Below, piece after piece: positions 54,000 to 64,000 of a DNA stretch of 64,000 bases. Origin of the DNA: Heterodontus francisci (taxonomy: Eukaryota); contig NC_090411.1 in the NCBI RefSeq assembly GCF_036365525.1, forward strand, positions 35,112,111 to 35,176,110. The letters are read 5' to 3'. A program made the position numbers and the translations under genes. The notes beneath the pieces were generated by a model. The model was not told where the DNA came from. It saw nothing but the letters and a program-made list of their open reading frames with translations, and made no database searches. Each line of letters starts with the position of its first letter. Within the stretch, counting starts at the first letter, position 1.

Positions 54000-54308
54000 C
54001 AATGTCACAAGTCGTGGGAATCAGTTGTCAGCGTTCGCCAGAGCTGGCGGGCAGCCATAAAGGCGGGGCTAAAGTGTGGCGAGTCGAAGAGACTTAGCAG
54101 TTGGCAGGAAAAAAGACAGAAGCGCAAGGGGAGAGCCAACTGTGTAACAGCCCCGACAACCAATTTTATCTGTAGCACCTGTGGAAGAGTCTGTCACTCT
54201 AGAATTGGCCTTTATAGCCACTCCAGGCGCTGCTTCACAAACCACTGACCACCTCCAGGCACTTACCCATTGTCTCTCGAGACAAGGAGGCCAAAGAAGA
54301 AGAAAAAA
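54000..54308 (+). mobile_element. RTE-clade LINE 3' end
   Basis: WES...RQSWRAAIKAG...FICSTCGRVCHSRIGLYSHSRRC C-terminal zinc-finger motif; (GAA)n/poly(A) tail; TSD AAATGGCCCT at 53990-53999 and 54309-54318. Confidence 0.8.
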
Positions 54309-55899
54309 AAATGGCCCTATATGAATGTGGGTTGTTGATGCTTTATTAATTATTTCACATCACACTGTAGCAAGGTTAGAAGCAAGTTGCGTGCAATACA
54401 ATTATCCACGCTGCCTGGTTTTATCAGTATCTTCTTTTCGTTGTTTTCCCAAATAGTTTTATTCGCATCAATGGCGAGGAGTGATTGCCCCGGGAACGAA
54501 AGTGACTGATGGAAATGATTGCATACTGCAGTGGTGATGTTAACAAAATTACAAGAGTGCATAAAATATAAGATATAGAAAAAGAAAACGTGGCACAAAC
54601 AAACACTGGGTTCTCACAGAGCTTTGCATGGTGGTTGCAATACCTGCATGGTATGTAATTTTTTCAGTATTTATGTGTCACACCTTCCACATTGCCTTTA
54701 AAAGGTGGTGATGGATCACCTGCTCTTTGAGTACGAGTGATGAAGGTGTATCCACAGTGCTGTAAGGTTGGGAGTTTCAGAGTTTTGACCCAGCAACAAT
54801 GAAAAAATGGCCGGCATATGTGCAGCTCAGGATGGTGAATGAATTGGAGGCGAGCCTGGAAGCAGTTGTCTTCCTAAGATATTGCTGCTGTTGTCTTTCT
54901 CAGCACTTGAGGGAAATCCGGGTGTTCCTGCAATTGTCTTTGATGTTGTTGACGTAACCCTGGTTGAGTTGCTGCAATGCATTCTGTAGATAGCATATAA
55001 TGTAGCTACAGTGCACTATTGGTGAAGGAGGTGGCTGTTGAGTTCAGTGGCAAGGGCATCATTGAAGTGAACTGCTCCGTCCAGGATACTGCCTGGATAG
55101 CTTCTTGAGGGTCATTGTAGCTACTCCCATCCAGGCAACTCTTTAAGATCATCTATAAAAACTATCTCTTTGACTAAGCTTTTGTTCACTTGTCTTAAAT
55201 CTTTGGCTCGGTGTCTGCTCCTGTGAAGTGCCTTGGGGCACAAGAGCACAAGAAATAGGAACATGCGGCCCCTCAAGTCTGCTCTGCCATTTAATACAAT
55301 CAGGATCTGATTGTGGCCTTAGTTCCACTTTCCTGCCAGCCCCATAACACTTGACATCCTTACAGATCAAAAATCTATTTAACTCAGCCTTGGATATATT
55401 CAATGACCGAGCCTCCACTGCTCCCTGGGGAAGAAAATTCCAAATATTAGCAACCCTCTGAGAGAAGAAATTGCTCCTCATCTCCATCTTAAATGGGAGA
55501 CCCCTTATTTTGAAACTTTGCCCCCTAGTTCTAGATTCCCCTACGAGGGGAAACATAATTTCAGCATCTACCTGTCAAGTGCCTTCAGAATGATATATGT
55601 TTCAATATAGATCATTTCTCATTGTTCTGAACTCCAATGAGTATAGGCCCAACCTGCTCAACCGTTCCTCATAAGCCAACCCCTTCATCAACCTCGTGAA
55701 GCTTCTCTGAACTGCCTCCAGTGCAGGAATTTTAATGCAAGTTGTCTTTAGTCTGTACACCTGAAATGTTAGCCACTCTCCTTTCTTCCAAATGCTGGAG
55801 ACCTGGTATATATTTCCAACATTTTCTGGTTTTGCATCAAATTTCAAACATTTGGCTGTTTTTTTCTTCTTTTTATTTCAATTTTAATTTTGAAGTGTG

Positions 55900-56340
55900 T
55901 CAGCTGTGGCTCAGTGGTTAGCACCCTTGCCTCTGAGTCAGAAGGTTATGGGTTTGGCTCCCTGTCCAGAGACTTGAGCCCATAATCCAGGCTGATGCTC
56001 CAGTGCAGTACTGAGGGAGTGCTGCACTGTCAGAGGTGCCGTCTTTTGGATGAGATGTTAAATCAGGACCCTGTCTGTCCTCTCAGGTGGATGTAAAAGA
56101 TCCCACGGCCACTATTGGGAAGAAAAGCAGGGGAGCTCTCCCCGGTGTCCTGGTCTAATATTTATACCTCAATCAACGTCACAAAAACAGATCATCTGAT
56201 CATAATCACGCTGTTTGTGGGATCTTGCTGTGCACTAATCGGCTGCTGTGTTTCCTACATTACGACAATACTTAATTGATTGTAAAGCGCTTTGGGACAT
56301 CCTGAGGTGGTGAAAAGCACTGTAGAAATATAACTCTTTT
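55900..56340 (+). mobile_element. tRNA-headed DeuSINE (SacSINE1/AmnSINE1-like), near full length
   Basis: tggctcagtgg A box; Deu-like core gtcttttggatgagatgttaaa...gtaaaagatccca...ggtgtcctgg; tail gcgctttgggacatcctgagg. Other copies or fragments at about 1090-1480(-), 5901-6190, 8430-8610, 14537-14920, 16695-17050(-), 19490-19830, 25225-25670, 28000-28690, 38935-39040(-). Confidence 0.75.
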
Positions 56341-57691
56341 TGATTATTTGAAGCTGGCAGTTCACGCTCTTTTATCTTTTATTTGTGACCCACTTAGAGG
56401 CAAGAAAACTCACACCATTAGGATGAAATATTTCTCCCCAAAGCCAGCAAGTTTACCCACACTGGTTTATTTATTAATTCCTGGAGGAAAGTAAAGGTGG
56501 AATTTGTGGAGACACTGGCCATAATCTCCCAATCGTCCTTAGATACAGGCATGGTACCAGAGGACTGGAGAATTGCAAATGTTACACCCTTGTTCAAAAA
56601 AGATTGTAAGGATAAGCCCAGCAATTACAGGCCAGTCAGTTTAACCTCGATGGTGGGAAAGTGTTTAGAAGTGATAACCGGGACAAAATTAAGTCACTAG
56701 GCGAAGTATAGATTTATTAAGGAAAGCCAGCATGGATTTGTTAAATCGTGCTTAACTAACTTGAATGAGTTTTTTGATGCAGTAACAGAGAGGGTTGTTG
56801 AGGGTTATGTGATTGATGTGTTTACATGGACTTCCAAAATGCATTTGATAAAGTGCCACATAACAGGCTTGTCAGCAAAGTTGGCAGCATGGATACGAAG
56901 TTGGCTGAGTGACAGGAAACAGAGAGTAGAGGTGAACGGTTGTTTTTTGGACTGGAGGAAGGTATACAGTATGGTATTAGGACCTTGATATAGATTAATG
57001 GTCTAGACTTGGGTGTACAGGGCACAATTTCAACATTTTCAGATGAATCAAAACTTGGAAGTATTGTGAATTGTGAGGAGGATAGTGATAGACTTCAAGA
57101 GTACATAGACAGGCTGGTCTAATAGGTGGATGCATGGCAGATGAAATTTAATGCAGAGAAATGTGAAGTGATTCATTTTGGCTGGAAGAACGAGGAGAGG
57201 CGATATAAAATAAAGGGTGTAATTCTAAAGGGGGTGCAGGAACAGAGAGACCTGTGGGTGTATGTGCACAAATCATTGAAGGTGACAGGGCAGGTTCAGG
57301 AAGTGGTTAATCAGGCATTTGGGATCCTGGGCTTTATAAATAGAGGCATAGAGTACAAAAGCTAGGAAAGTATGATGAACTTTTATAAAACACTGGTTTG
57401 GCCTCAACTGGAGTATTTTGTCCAATTCTGGACATCACACTTCAGGAAGGATGTGAAGGCATTAGAGAGGGTGCAGAAAAGATTTACAAGACTGGTTCCA
57501 GGGATGAGGGACTTCAGTTACATGGAAAGATTAGAGAAGACGTATTTGGATTTTCAGAAGGCTTTCAATAAGGTCCCACACAGAAGGTTAGTAAGCAAAA
57601 TTAGAGCACATAGGATTGGGGGTGATATACTGGCATGGATTGAGAATTGGTGAACGGACAGAAAACAGAGAGTAGGAATAAACGGGTCATT

Positions 57692-58726
57692 GTGGTTGTT
57701 GGAGGTCAATCATCTGAGCTCCAGGACTTCACTGCAGGAGCTCCTCAGGGTAGTGTCCTAGGCCCAACCATCTTCAGCTGCTTCATCAATGACTTTCCTC
57801 CATCATAAGGTCAGAAGTGGGGATGTTCGCTGATGATTGCACAATGTTCAGCACCATTCGTGATTCCTCAGATACTGAAGCAGTCCGTGTAGAAATGCAG
57901 CAAGACCTGGACAATATCCAGGCTTGGGCTGATAAGTGGCAAGTAATATTCACACCACACAAGTGCCAGGCAATGACCATCTCCAACAAGAGAGAATTTA
58001 ACCATCTCCCCTTGACATTCAACGGCATTACCATCGCTGAATCCCCCACTATTAACATCCTAGGGGTTACCATTGATCAGAAACTGAACAGGAGTAGCCA
58101 TATAAATACCGTGGCTACAAGAGCAGGTCAGAGGCTAGGAATCCTGAGGCGAGTAACTCACCTCCTGACTTCCCAAAGCCTGTCCACCATCTACAAGGCA
58201 CAAGTCAGGAGTGTGATGGAATACTCTCCACATGCCTGGATGGGTGCAGCTCCAACAACACTCAAGAAGCTCAACACCATCCAGGACAAATCAGCCCGCT
58301 TGATAGGCACCCCATCTACAAACATTCACTCCCTCCACCACCGACGCACAGTGGCAGCAGTGTGTACCATCTACAAGATGTACTGCAGCAATGCACCAAG
58401 GCTCCTTAGACAGCACCTTCCAAACCTGCGACCTCTACCAACTTGAAGGACAAGGGCAGCAGATGCATGGGAACATCACCACCTGCAATTTCCCCTCCAA
58501 GCCACACACCATCCTGACTTGGAACTATATCGCCGTTCCTTCACTGTCACTGGGTCAAAATCCTGGAACTCCCTTCCTAACGGCACTGTGGGTGTACCTG
58601 CCCCACATGGACTGCAGTGGTTCAAGAAGGCAGCTCACCACCACCTTCTCAAGGGCAATTAGGGATGGACAATAAATGCTGGCCTGGCCAGCGACGCCCA
58701 CATCCCATGAATGAATTTTTAAAAAA
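57692..58726 (+). mobile_element. 5'-truncated copy of the 43033-46302 LINE family, nested in a CR1
   Basis: RT C-terminal ORF 57817-58446 and the family 3' tail; the CR1 continues on both sides. Confidence 0.9.
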
Positions 58727-58981
58727 TTCTCAGGTTGGCAGTCTGTGACTAGTGGGGTACCTCAAGGAGCAGTGCTTGAGTCCCAGCTACTCACAATCTA
58801 TATCACTGATTTGGATGTAGGGACCAAAAGTAATATTTCCAATTTTGCTGATTATACAAAACTAGGTGGGAATGTGAGTTGTGAGGGTGATGCAAGGAGG
58901 CTTCAAGGGGATTTAGACAGACTAAGTGAGTGGGCAAGAACATGGCAGATGGAATATCATGTGGAAAAATGTGAAGTTATC

Positions 58982-60175
58982 GTTTACTACATTTCCTCAC
59001 ATCCTGTTTCCTGTAAGGACTCCATCCCATTCTCCTAGTTTCTCCATCTCCAATGCATCTGCTCTGATGATGCAATCTTCCACAACAGTGCTTCTGATAT
59101 GTCTTCCTTTTTCTCAATCCTCAACCGAGGATTTCCCCCACTGTTGTTGACAGGGCCCTCATCCGTGTCTGACCTATTACCCGCACATCTGCCCTCTCCC
59201 CTTCCCCTCCCTCCCAGAACCTTGTCCTCACTTTCCACCCCACCAGCCTCCACATCCAAAGGATCATCCTCCGCCATTTCTGCCACCTCCAGTGTGATGT
59301 CGCCACCAAACGCATCTTCCCCTCCCCTCCCCTATCAGCATTCCGAAGGAATCGTCCCTCCGTGACACCCTGGTCCACTCCTCCATTACCCCCACCACCT
59401 CGCCCCTTCCCATGGCACCTTCCCATGCAATTGCAGGAGATGTAATACCTGCCCTTTTACCTCCTCTCCTCACCATCCAAGGCCCCAAACACTCCTTTCA
59501 GATGAAGCAGTGATTTACTTGTACTTCTTTCAATTTAGTATACTGTATTCACTACTCACAATGCAGTTGTCTCTACATTGGGGAGACCAAATGCAGACTG
59601 GGTGACCGCTTTGCAAAACACCTCCGCTCAGTCCGAAAGCAGGACCCCGAGCTTCTGGTTGCTTGCCATTACAACACTCCCCTCTGCTCTCATGCCAACG
59701 TTTCTGTCTTTGGCCTGCTCCAGTGTTCCAGTGAACATCAACACAAGCTCAAGGAGCAGCATCTGATCTTTTGATTAGGCACTCTACAGCCTTGCGGACT
59801 CAACATTGAGTTCAACAATTTCAGAACATGACTGGCCTTTTTTTTACATTTTTCTATTTTTTTTAACCATGTGTCTGTTTATCATGTGGACGGAGCTGCT
59901 CATTATTCTGCCATTAACACTCTCTGGACTAATGCTCTGTCTTTCACAGGACAGCTTTGTTATTTAATCTCTCCTGCCCTCTGCCCCATCACACTCCTTC
60001 CCTTTTGTTCTCTTCCCCCACGCCCCCTTCACTTGCTTAAAACCTAATTTTTTTCTAACCTTTGCCAGTTCTGATGAGGGGTCACTGACCTGTTACGTTA
60101 ACTCTGTTTCTCTCTCCACAGATGCTGCCAGACCTGCTGAATATTTCCAGCACTTTCTCTTTTTATTTACTGGAC
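58982..60175 (+). mobile_element. Penelope-like element 3' portion (GIY-YIG endonuclease remnant and terminal repeat), inserted in a CR1
   Basis: From 59532 reads NLVYCIHYSQCSCLYIGETKCRLGDRFAKHLRSV (GIY-YIG); GTTATC duplicated at 58976-58981 and 60176-60181. Confidence 0.85.
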
Positions 60176-60979
60176 GTTATCCACTTTGGTAGGAAAATCA
60201 GAAATGCAGAATATTTCTTAAATAGTGAGAGATTGGGGTTTGATGTCCAAAGGCACCTGGGTGAAACTGTTCAGGAGTCACTGAAAGCTAACAAGCAGGT
60301 GCAGCAAGCAATTAGGAAGGCAAATGGTATGTTGGCCTTTATTGCAAGAGGATTTGAGTACAGGAATAAAGATGTCTTTCTGCAATTATATAGAGCCTTG
60401 GTGAGACCGCACCTGGAGTGTTGTGCACAGTGGTCTCCTTACCAAGGAAGGATCTACTTGCCTCAGAAGGAGTGCAACGAAGGTTCACCAGACTGATCCC
60501 CTGGGATGGTGGGATTGTCTTATGAGAGATTGAGGAGACTGGGCCTATATTCTCTAGAGTTTAGAAGAGAGGTGATTTCATTGAAGCGTACAAAATTCTT
60601 ACAGGGCTCGACAGGGTAGATGCAGGAAGAATGTTTCTCCTGGCTGTGGTTGAGGGGGGTGGGGGTAGAGGGGAGGGTGGGTCCAGAACCAGGGGTCATA
60701 GTCTCAGAATAAGGGGTAGGCCATTTAAGACTGAAACGAGGAGGAATTTCTTCACTCAGAGGGTGGTGAATGTGAGGAATTCTCTACCCCAGAGAGCTGT
60801 GCAGGCTCAGTCATTGAGTATATTCAAGACAGAGATTGATAGATTTCTAGATATTAAGGGTATCAAGGGATATGGGGACAGTGCGGGAAAATGGCATTGA
60901 GGTAGATCAGCCATGATCTAGTTGAATGGTGAAGCAAGCTCGATGGGCTGAATGGCCTACTCCCGTTCCTATTTCCTAT

Positions 60980-61370
60980 GCTGGGGCTGTTCTCATTTGT
61001 TATGGGAAGGTTAAGAGATTTGCTGGAGGTGTTCAAAATCATGAGGGGTCTGGATATAATAGATAGAGAGAAACTGTTCCCATTGGTGGAAGGGTCGAGA
61101 ACCAGAGGGCCCCGATTTAAGGTGACTGGCAAAAGATCCAACGACGAGGAAAAACTATTTTACCCGACGAACGGTTCGCAGGGGGAGCGCACCGCCCGCC
61201 AGCGTGGTGGAGACAGATTCAATCGCCCGAAGGGCAAAAGATCGGCAGGCTTGGGGGAAGAAAGCGGCGGGCCCCCCCCCGCCGCGGGACCAGCTAAGCT
61301 GCTGGAGCGGAGAGCCAGCACGGACCCGATGGGCCGAACGGCCTCTTTCTGAGCTGTAGCCATTCTATGC
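60980..61370 (+). mobile_element. CpG-rich CR1 3' fragment merging with the CBX7 CpG island
   Basis: LRDLLEVFKIMRGLD...TRGPRFK and tail gatgggccgaacggcctctttctgagctgtagccattctatg. Confidence 0.75.
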
Positions 61371-61743
61371 TTCTTGTTAGCACCTTGCTCAACGCTTAAA
61401 TTGGATAGTTGCACTTTTCTCAGAAAATAAAAAAGGGTGCAGTTTTCACTACATCCTCCCCCTGTGTCGGGTACAGAGAGCGAGGCTTTATTACACCGTG
61501 AGCTGTGGCTCCAATTCTCTCTTTGCAATTGCTGTCTCCCTGGGATTCTGCGTGGCGACGTTGGACAAGAAGGAGGGGAGGGGGGTGCACGCGCACTGGG
61601 GGATGCACGTGCACTTGATGCACGTGCATGTGCACGGGTGCGTGCATGCGTGTGCACAGTGACAGAAGAGAGAGAGAGAGAGAGAGACTCGGGGACGCGC
61701 TGGTGAAAATGTTGCGCAGGAAGAAAGCTGCCAGGCTGCCTGT

Positions 61744-61812
61744 ATGGAGCTGTCTGCAATAGGAGAGCAAGTGTTCGCGGTGGAGAATATCAGCAAGAAG
61801 CGGGTCAGAAAG
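61744..61812 (+). CDS. CBX7: Chromobox protein (Polycomb PRC1), coding exon 1 (69 nt)
   Basis: MELSAIGEQVFAVENISKKRVRK followed by a gtaatc donor; the AIGEQVFAVE signature matches CBX7 better than CBX6/CBX8 (AVGERVFAAE). Later exons were not found in the window. Confidence 0.85.
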
Positions 61813-63592
61813 GTAATCCATCACAAAATGCAAACCACACCCGGGTTCAGCAACTTTAATGGACTGAAGGCAATTAATCAAAGCACCCTCCTCCCCCCCA
61901 AAAAACTGCATTAGAACGAAAGTAGCAGCTGTCAGATGTAGCAGAACCTCCGGAAGAGATGGAGTGGAAGAGGGAGGAGATTGTGTTAACACTTAATAAT
62001 TAAACTCAATAACAATTAATGCAAAGAGAAATAAATAATGCAAAACAAAAATCAGGTGCCAGCTGCAAAAGAGGGTTTTTTTTTTGCAGTGGAATGTTTT
62101 CCACAAAAAAAAAATGCAACTGTGCAAAGTGTGAGAATAATTCTTGTAGGTTTAAGGGATGAGGGTGCGAATTTTGCAGAGATTCTAATCAAGGTGTTAG
62201 GAGTTTTAAAAATTGCTTCGTCAGTGAGAGGGGTGGAAGTTGCAATGTTTACTTGCTTTTTGGGTCAGAGTCTTGCTGGGAGTTAAGAATTGTTTAATTA
62301 ATTATTAGATTAATTAATCAATAAACTTTTGCTTGCAAAAAGGCACCTGTAGTAATTAGACAAGGAGATACCAATAAAAAGTAACTATAATTGGAACTCC
62401 AATTTAATCAGTGAAAGCTAGATTATTGGACAATTAATAACAATTACAGCACATGGGTTAGTTGGCGTACAGAGAGGAGATTGTATGCAAAACATAAAAC
62501 AAGATGAGATCAGTATTACACATTGTTAGAGCCTCATGGAATTGTTTGCTCCAGCACTCTGGAATCTGATACAATCTTCAGCATAGGAGCAACCTCAGTT
62601 TGTACTTGAACCTGTTCCTAGCTACTCTATTCACATTTCCCTGCCTTTATTTATTTATGTGCACGTGTGTGTTTTTGTTTATAAAGTCTTCGATGCGCAG
62701 AGGAGTCCATTCCAAACAGCCCAGGAGGAGGGTGCATTAGAGAGAGGGAGTGATCCCAGCTCCAGATTGCTGAATGATGACTCAACTGTGCTGGAAGTGT
62801 GTGCGTTGAGTAGCCACATTCGTGCCTGCCTCGGTCGAATAGCCTGTTAATGCTCCAAGTCCAGATTCTTATGTGGTTACTGGGGGTCTTGTGCAGGGAC
62901 CCAGAGCAGTTTTGGGACTATTACATAAAGACTTCACACCTTCAAGGAGAAGTGTTTGAAGCATTCAAAAGGGAATTAGACTGTTGCATGAAAAGGAAGA
63001 ATGTGCAGGGGTTGCGGGGAGAAGGCGGGGGAACGGCACTAAGTGAATTGCTCATTTGGAGAGCTGGTGCAGACACGATGGGCCGAATGGCCTGCCTCCT
63101 TCTGTAACAATTCCGAGAGAGGTAGGGAGGAAAATTCGTAAAAAATATAAGACCCCAGTCCAGGCCACAGGATCCTCTGCTAGCGTCTCGCTCATCCATG
63201 CTCTTGTGTGGCTTTCATGGTCGAATAGCCAGCCTGGGCTCATTGTCCCAGCACGCTGGTGGCCTTTACCGGATTGCAGAGTGAGGGGATGAAGGTCAGG
63301 AGGGGTTTGTGGGGAGCAGCTCTACTGCAGCGTCTGAGTTGTTTCAGATGGGTCACTGCGTGGGAACGAGAGAGTCAGAAATCATTCCCGACATTGTCAC
63401 ATTCGGCCGTCCCTCTCCTCCAGTGGCTGCGTACTTGCTTATTTTCCCCTACAACGTCCCAGTGGTTAAAACCTTTATTGCATCACCTGAGATGTTATTT
63501 ACTTGCTGATAGCAAAGTAACCAACGGTGAATTGGGTCCCACTTCACACTCCTGTACACAACCAAATATAGATCCCATGTGACAAAGTTTGA

Positions 63593-63781
63593 TAGAGGGA
63601 GTTTTACTCTGTATCTAACCCCGTGCTGTACCTGTCCTGGGAGTGTTTGATGGGGACAGTGTAGAGGGAGTTTTACTCTGTATCTAACCCCGTGCTGTAC
63701 CTGTCCTGGGAGTGTTTGATGGGGACAGTGTAGAGGGAGTTTTACTCTGTATCTAACCCCGTGCTGTACCTGTCCTGGGAG
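63593..63781. repeat. 69-bp tandem repeat, about 2.7 near-identical copies
   Basis: TAGAGGGAGTTTTACTCTGTATCTAACCCCGTGCTGTACCTGTCCTGGGAGTGTTTGATGGGGACAGTG starting at 63593, 63662 and 63731. Confidence 0.95.
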
Positions 63782-64000
63782 CAGTACAGTCAGCAGTGAT
63801 GGTGAAATTAAGATACTGTACTGTTGAGATTCAGGTGCTTGATAACCCGGGTGAGGGCAGCTTTAGTGGTTAGTCTGTGTCCTGTGAATCTCTGATCCGT
63901 TGTTCCATTTCTGTCTTTGTGTATATGGTGCAGACCCTGGCCAGAAAGAGCTGGAATCAGAGTGAGGGTCACAGTGTGTGCCGTAGGGTGGAGTGAGAAG

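Larger units (their letters stand above)
56490..60975 (+). mobile_element. Two adjoining degenerate CR1 ORF2 segments (about 56490-57540 and 57540-60975), the second hosting nested insertions
   Basis: PEDWRIANVTPLFKK, YLDFQKAFNKVPH, TSGVPQG, FAD.TKLGG, LVRPHLE, RGHSLRI motifs. Confidence 0.8.

Noticed and set aside
53652-54248. 198-aa zinc-finger gene
   Set aside because: The C-terminal part is an RTE fragment bounded by a TSD; the N-terminal part is decayed repeat-like sequence with no splice or gene context.
60065-60105. Third hammerhead ribozyme (plus strand)
   Set aside because: The core GAAAC is mutated to GTTAC, so it is predicted inactive; relics at about 10625, 30235 and 37050 are even more decayed.
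61160-61992. Long minus-strand ORFs at the CBX7 promoter
   Set aside because: Low-complexity, CpG-island-derived frames with no homology I can recognise.

Overview
Vertebrate genomic DNA, most likely a shark or other elasmobranch (inferred from the HE1/V-SINE, DeuSINE, CR1 and Penelope repeat content). Protein-coding genes: GTPBP1 on the minus strand (coding exons 1-8; the gene continues past the left edge), JOSD1 on the plus strand (complete 199-aa CDS in 4 coding exons, head-to-head with GTPBP1), and coding exon 1 of CBX7 near the right edge. The rest is largely retroposon-derived: a young 3.1-kb CR1, many CR1/L2 fragments, Penelope remnants, an RTE 3' end, SINEs and minisatellites. Most ORF-track entries are repeat-derived or spurious. 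Top leads: (1) an apparently full-length 3.27-kb APE+RT LINE that begins with a tRNA-like Pol III promoter, has no TTTT run on its sense strand and no in-frame AUG, suggesting a Pol III-transcribed autonomous LINE; (2) a TTTAAAC slippery heptamer at the CR1 ORF1/ORF2 junction ahead of an AUG-less ORF2, suggesting -1 ribosomal frameshifting; (3) minimal hammerhead ribozymes in short Penelope-derived fold-back insertions with 14-bp TSDs. All coordinates and counts were read by eye.
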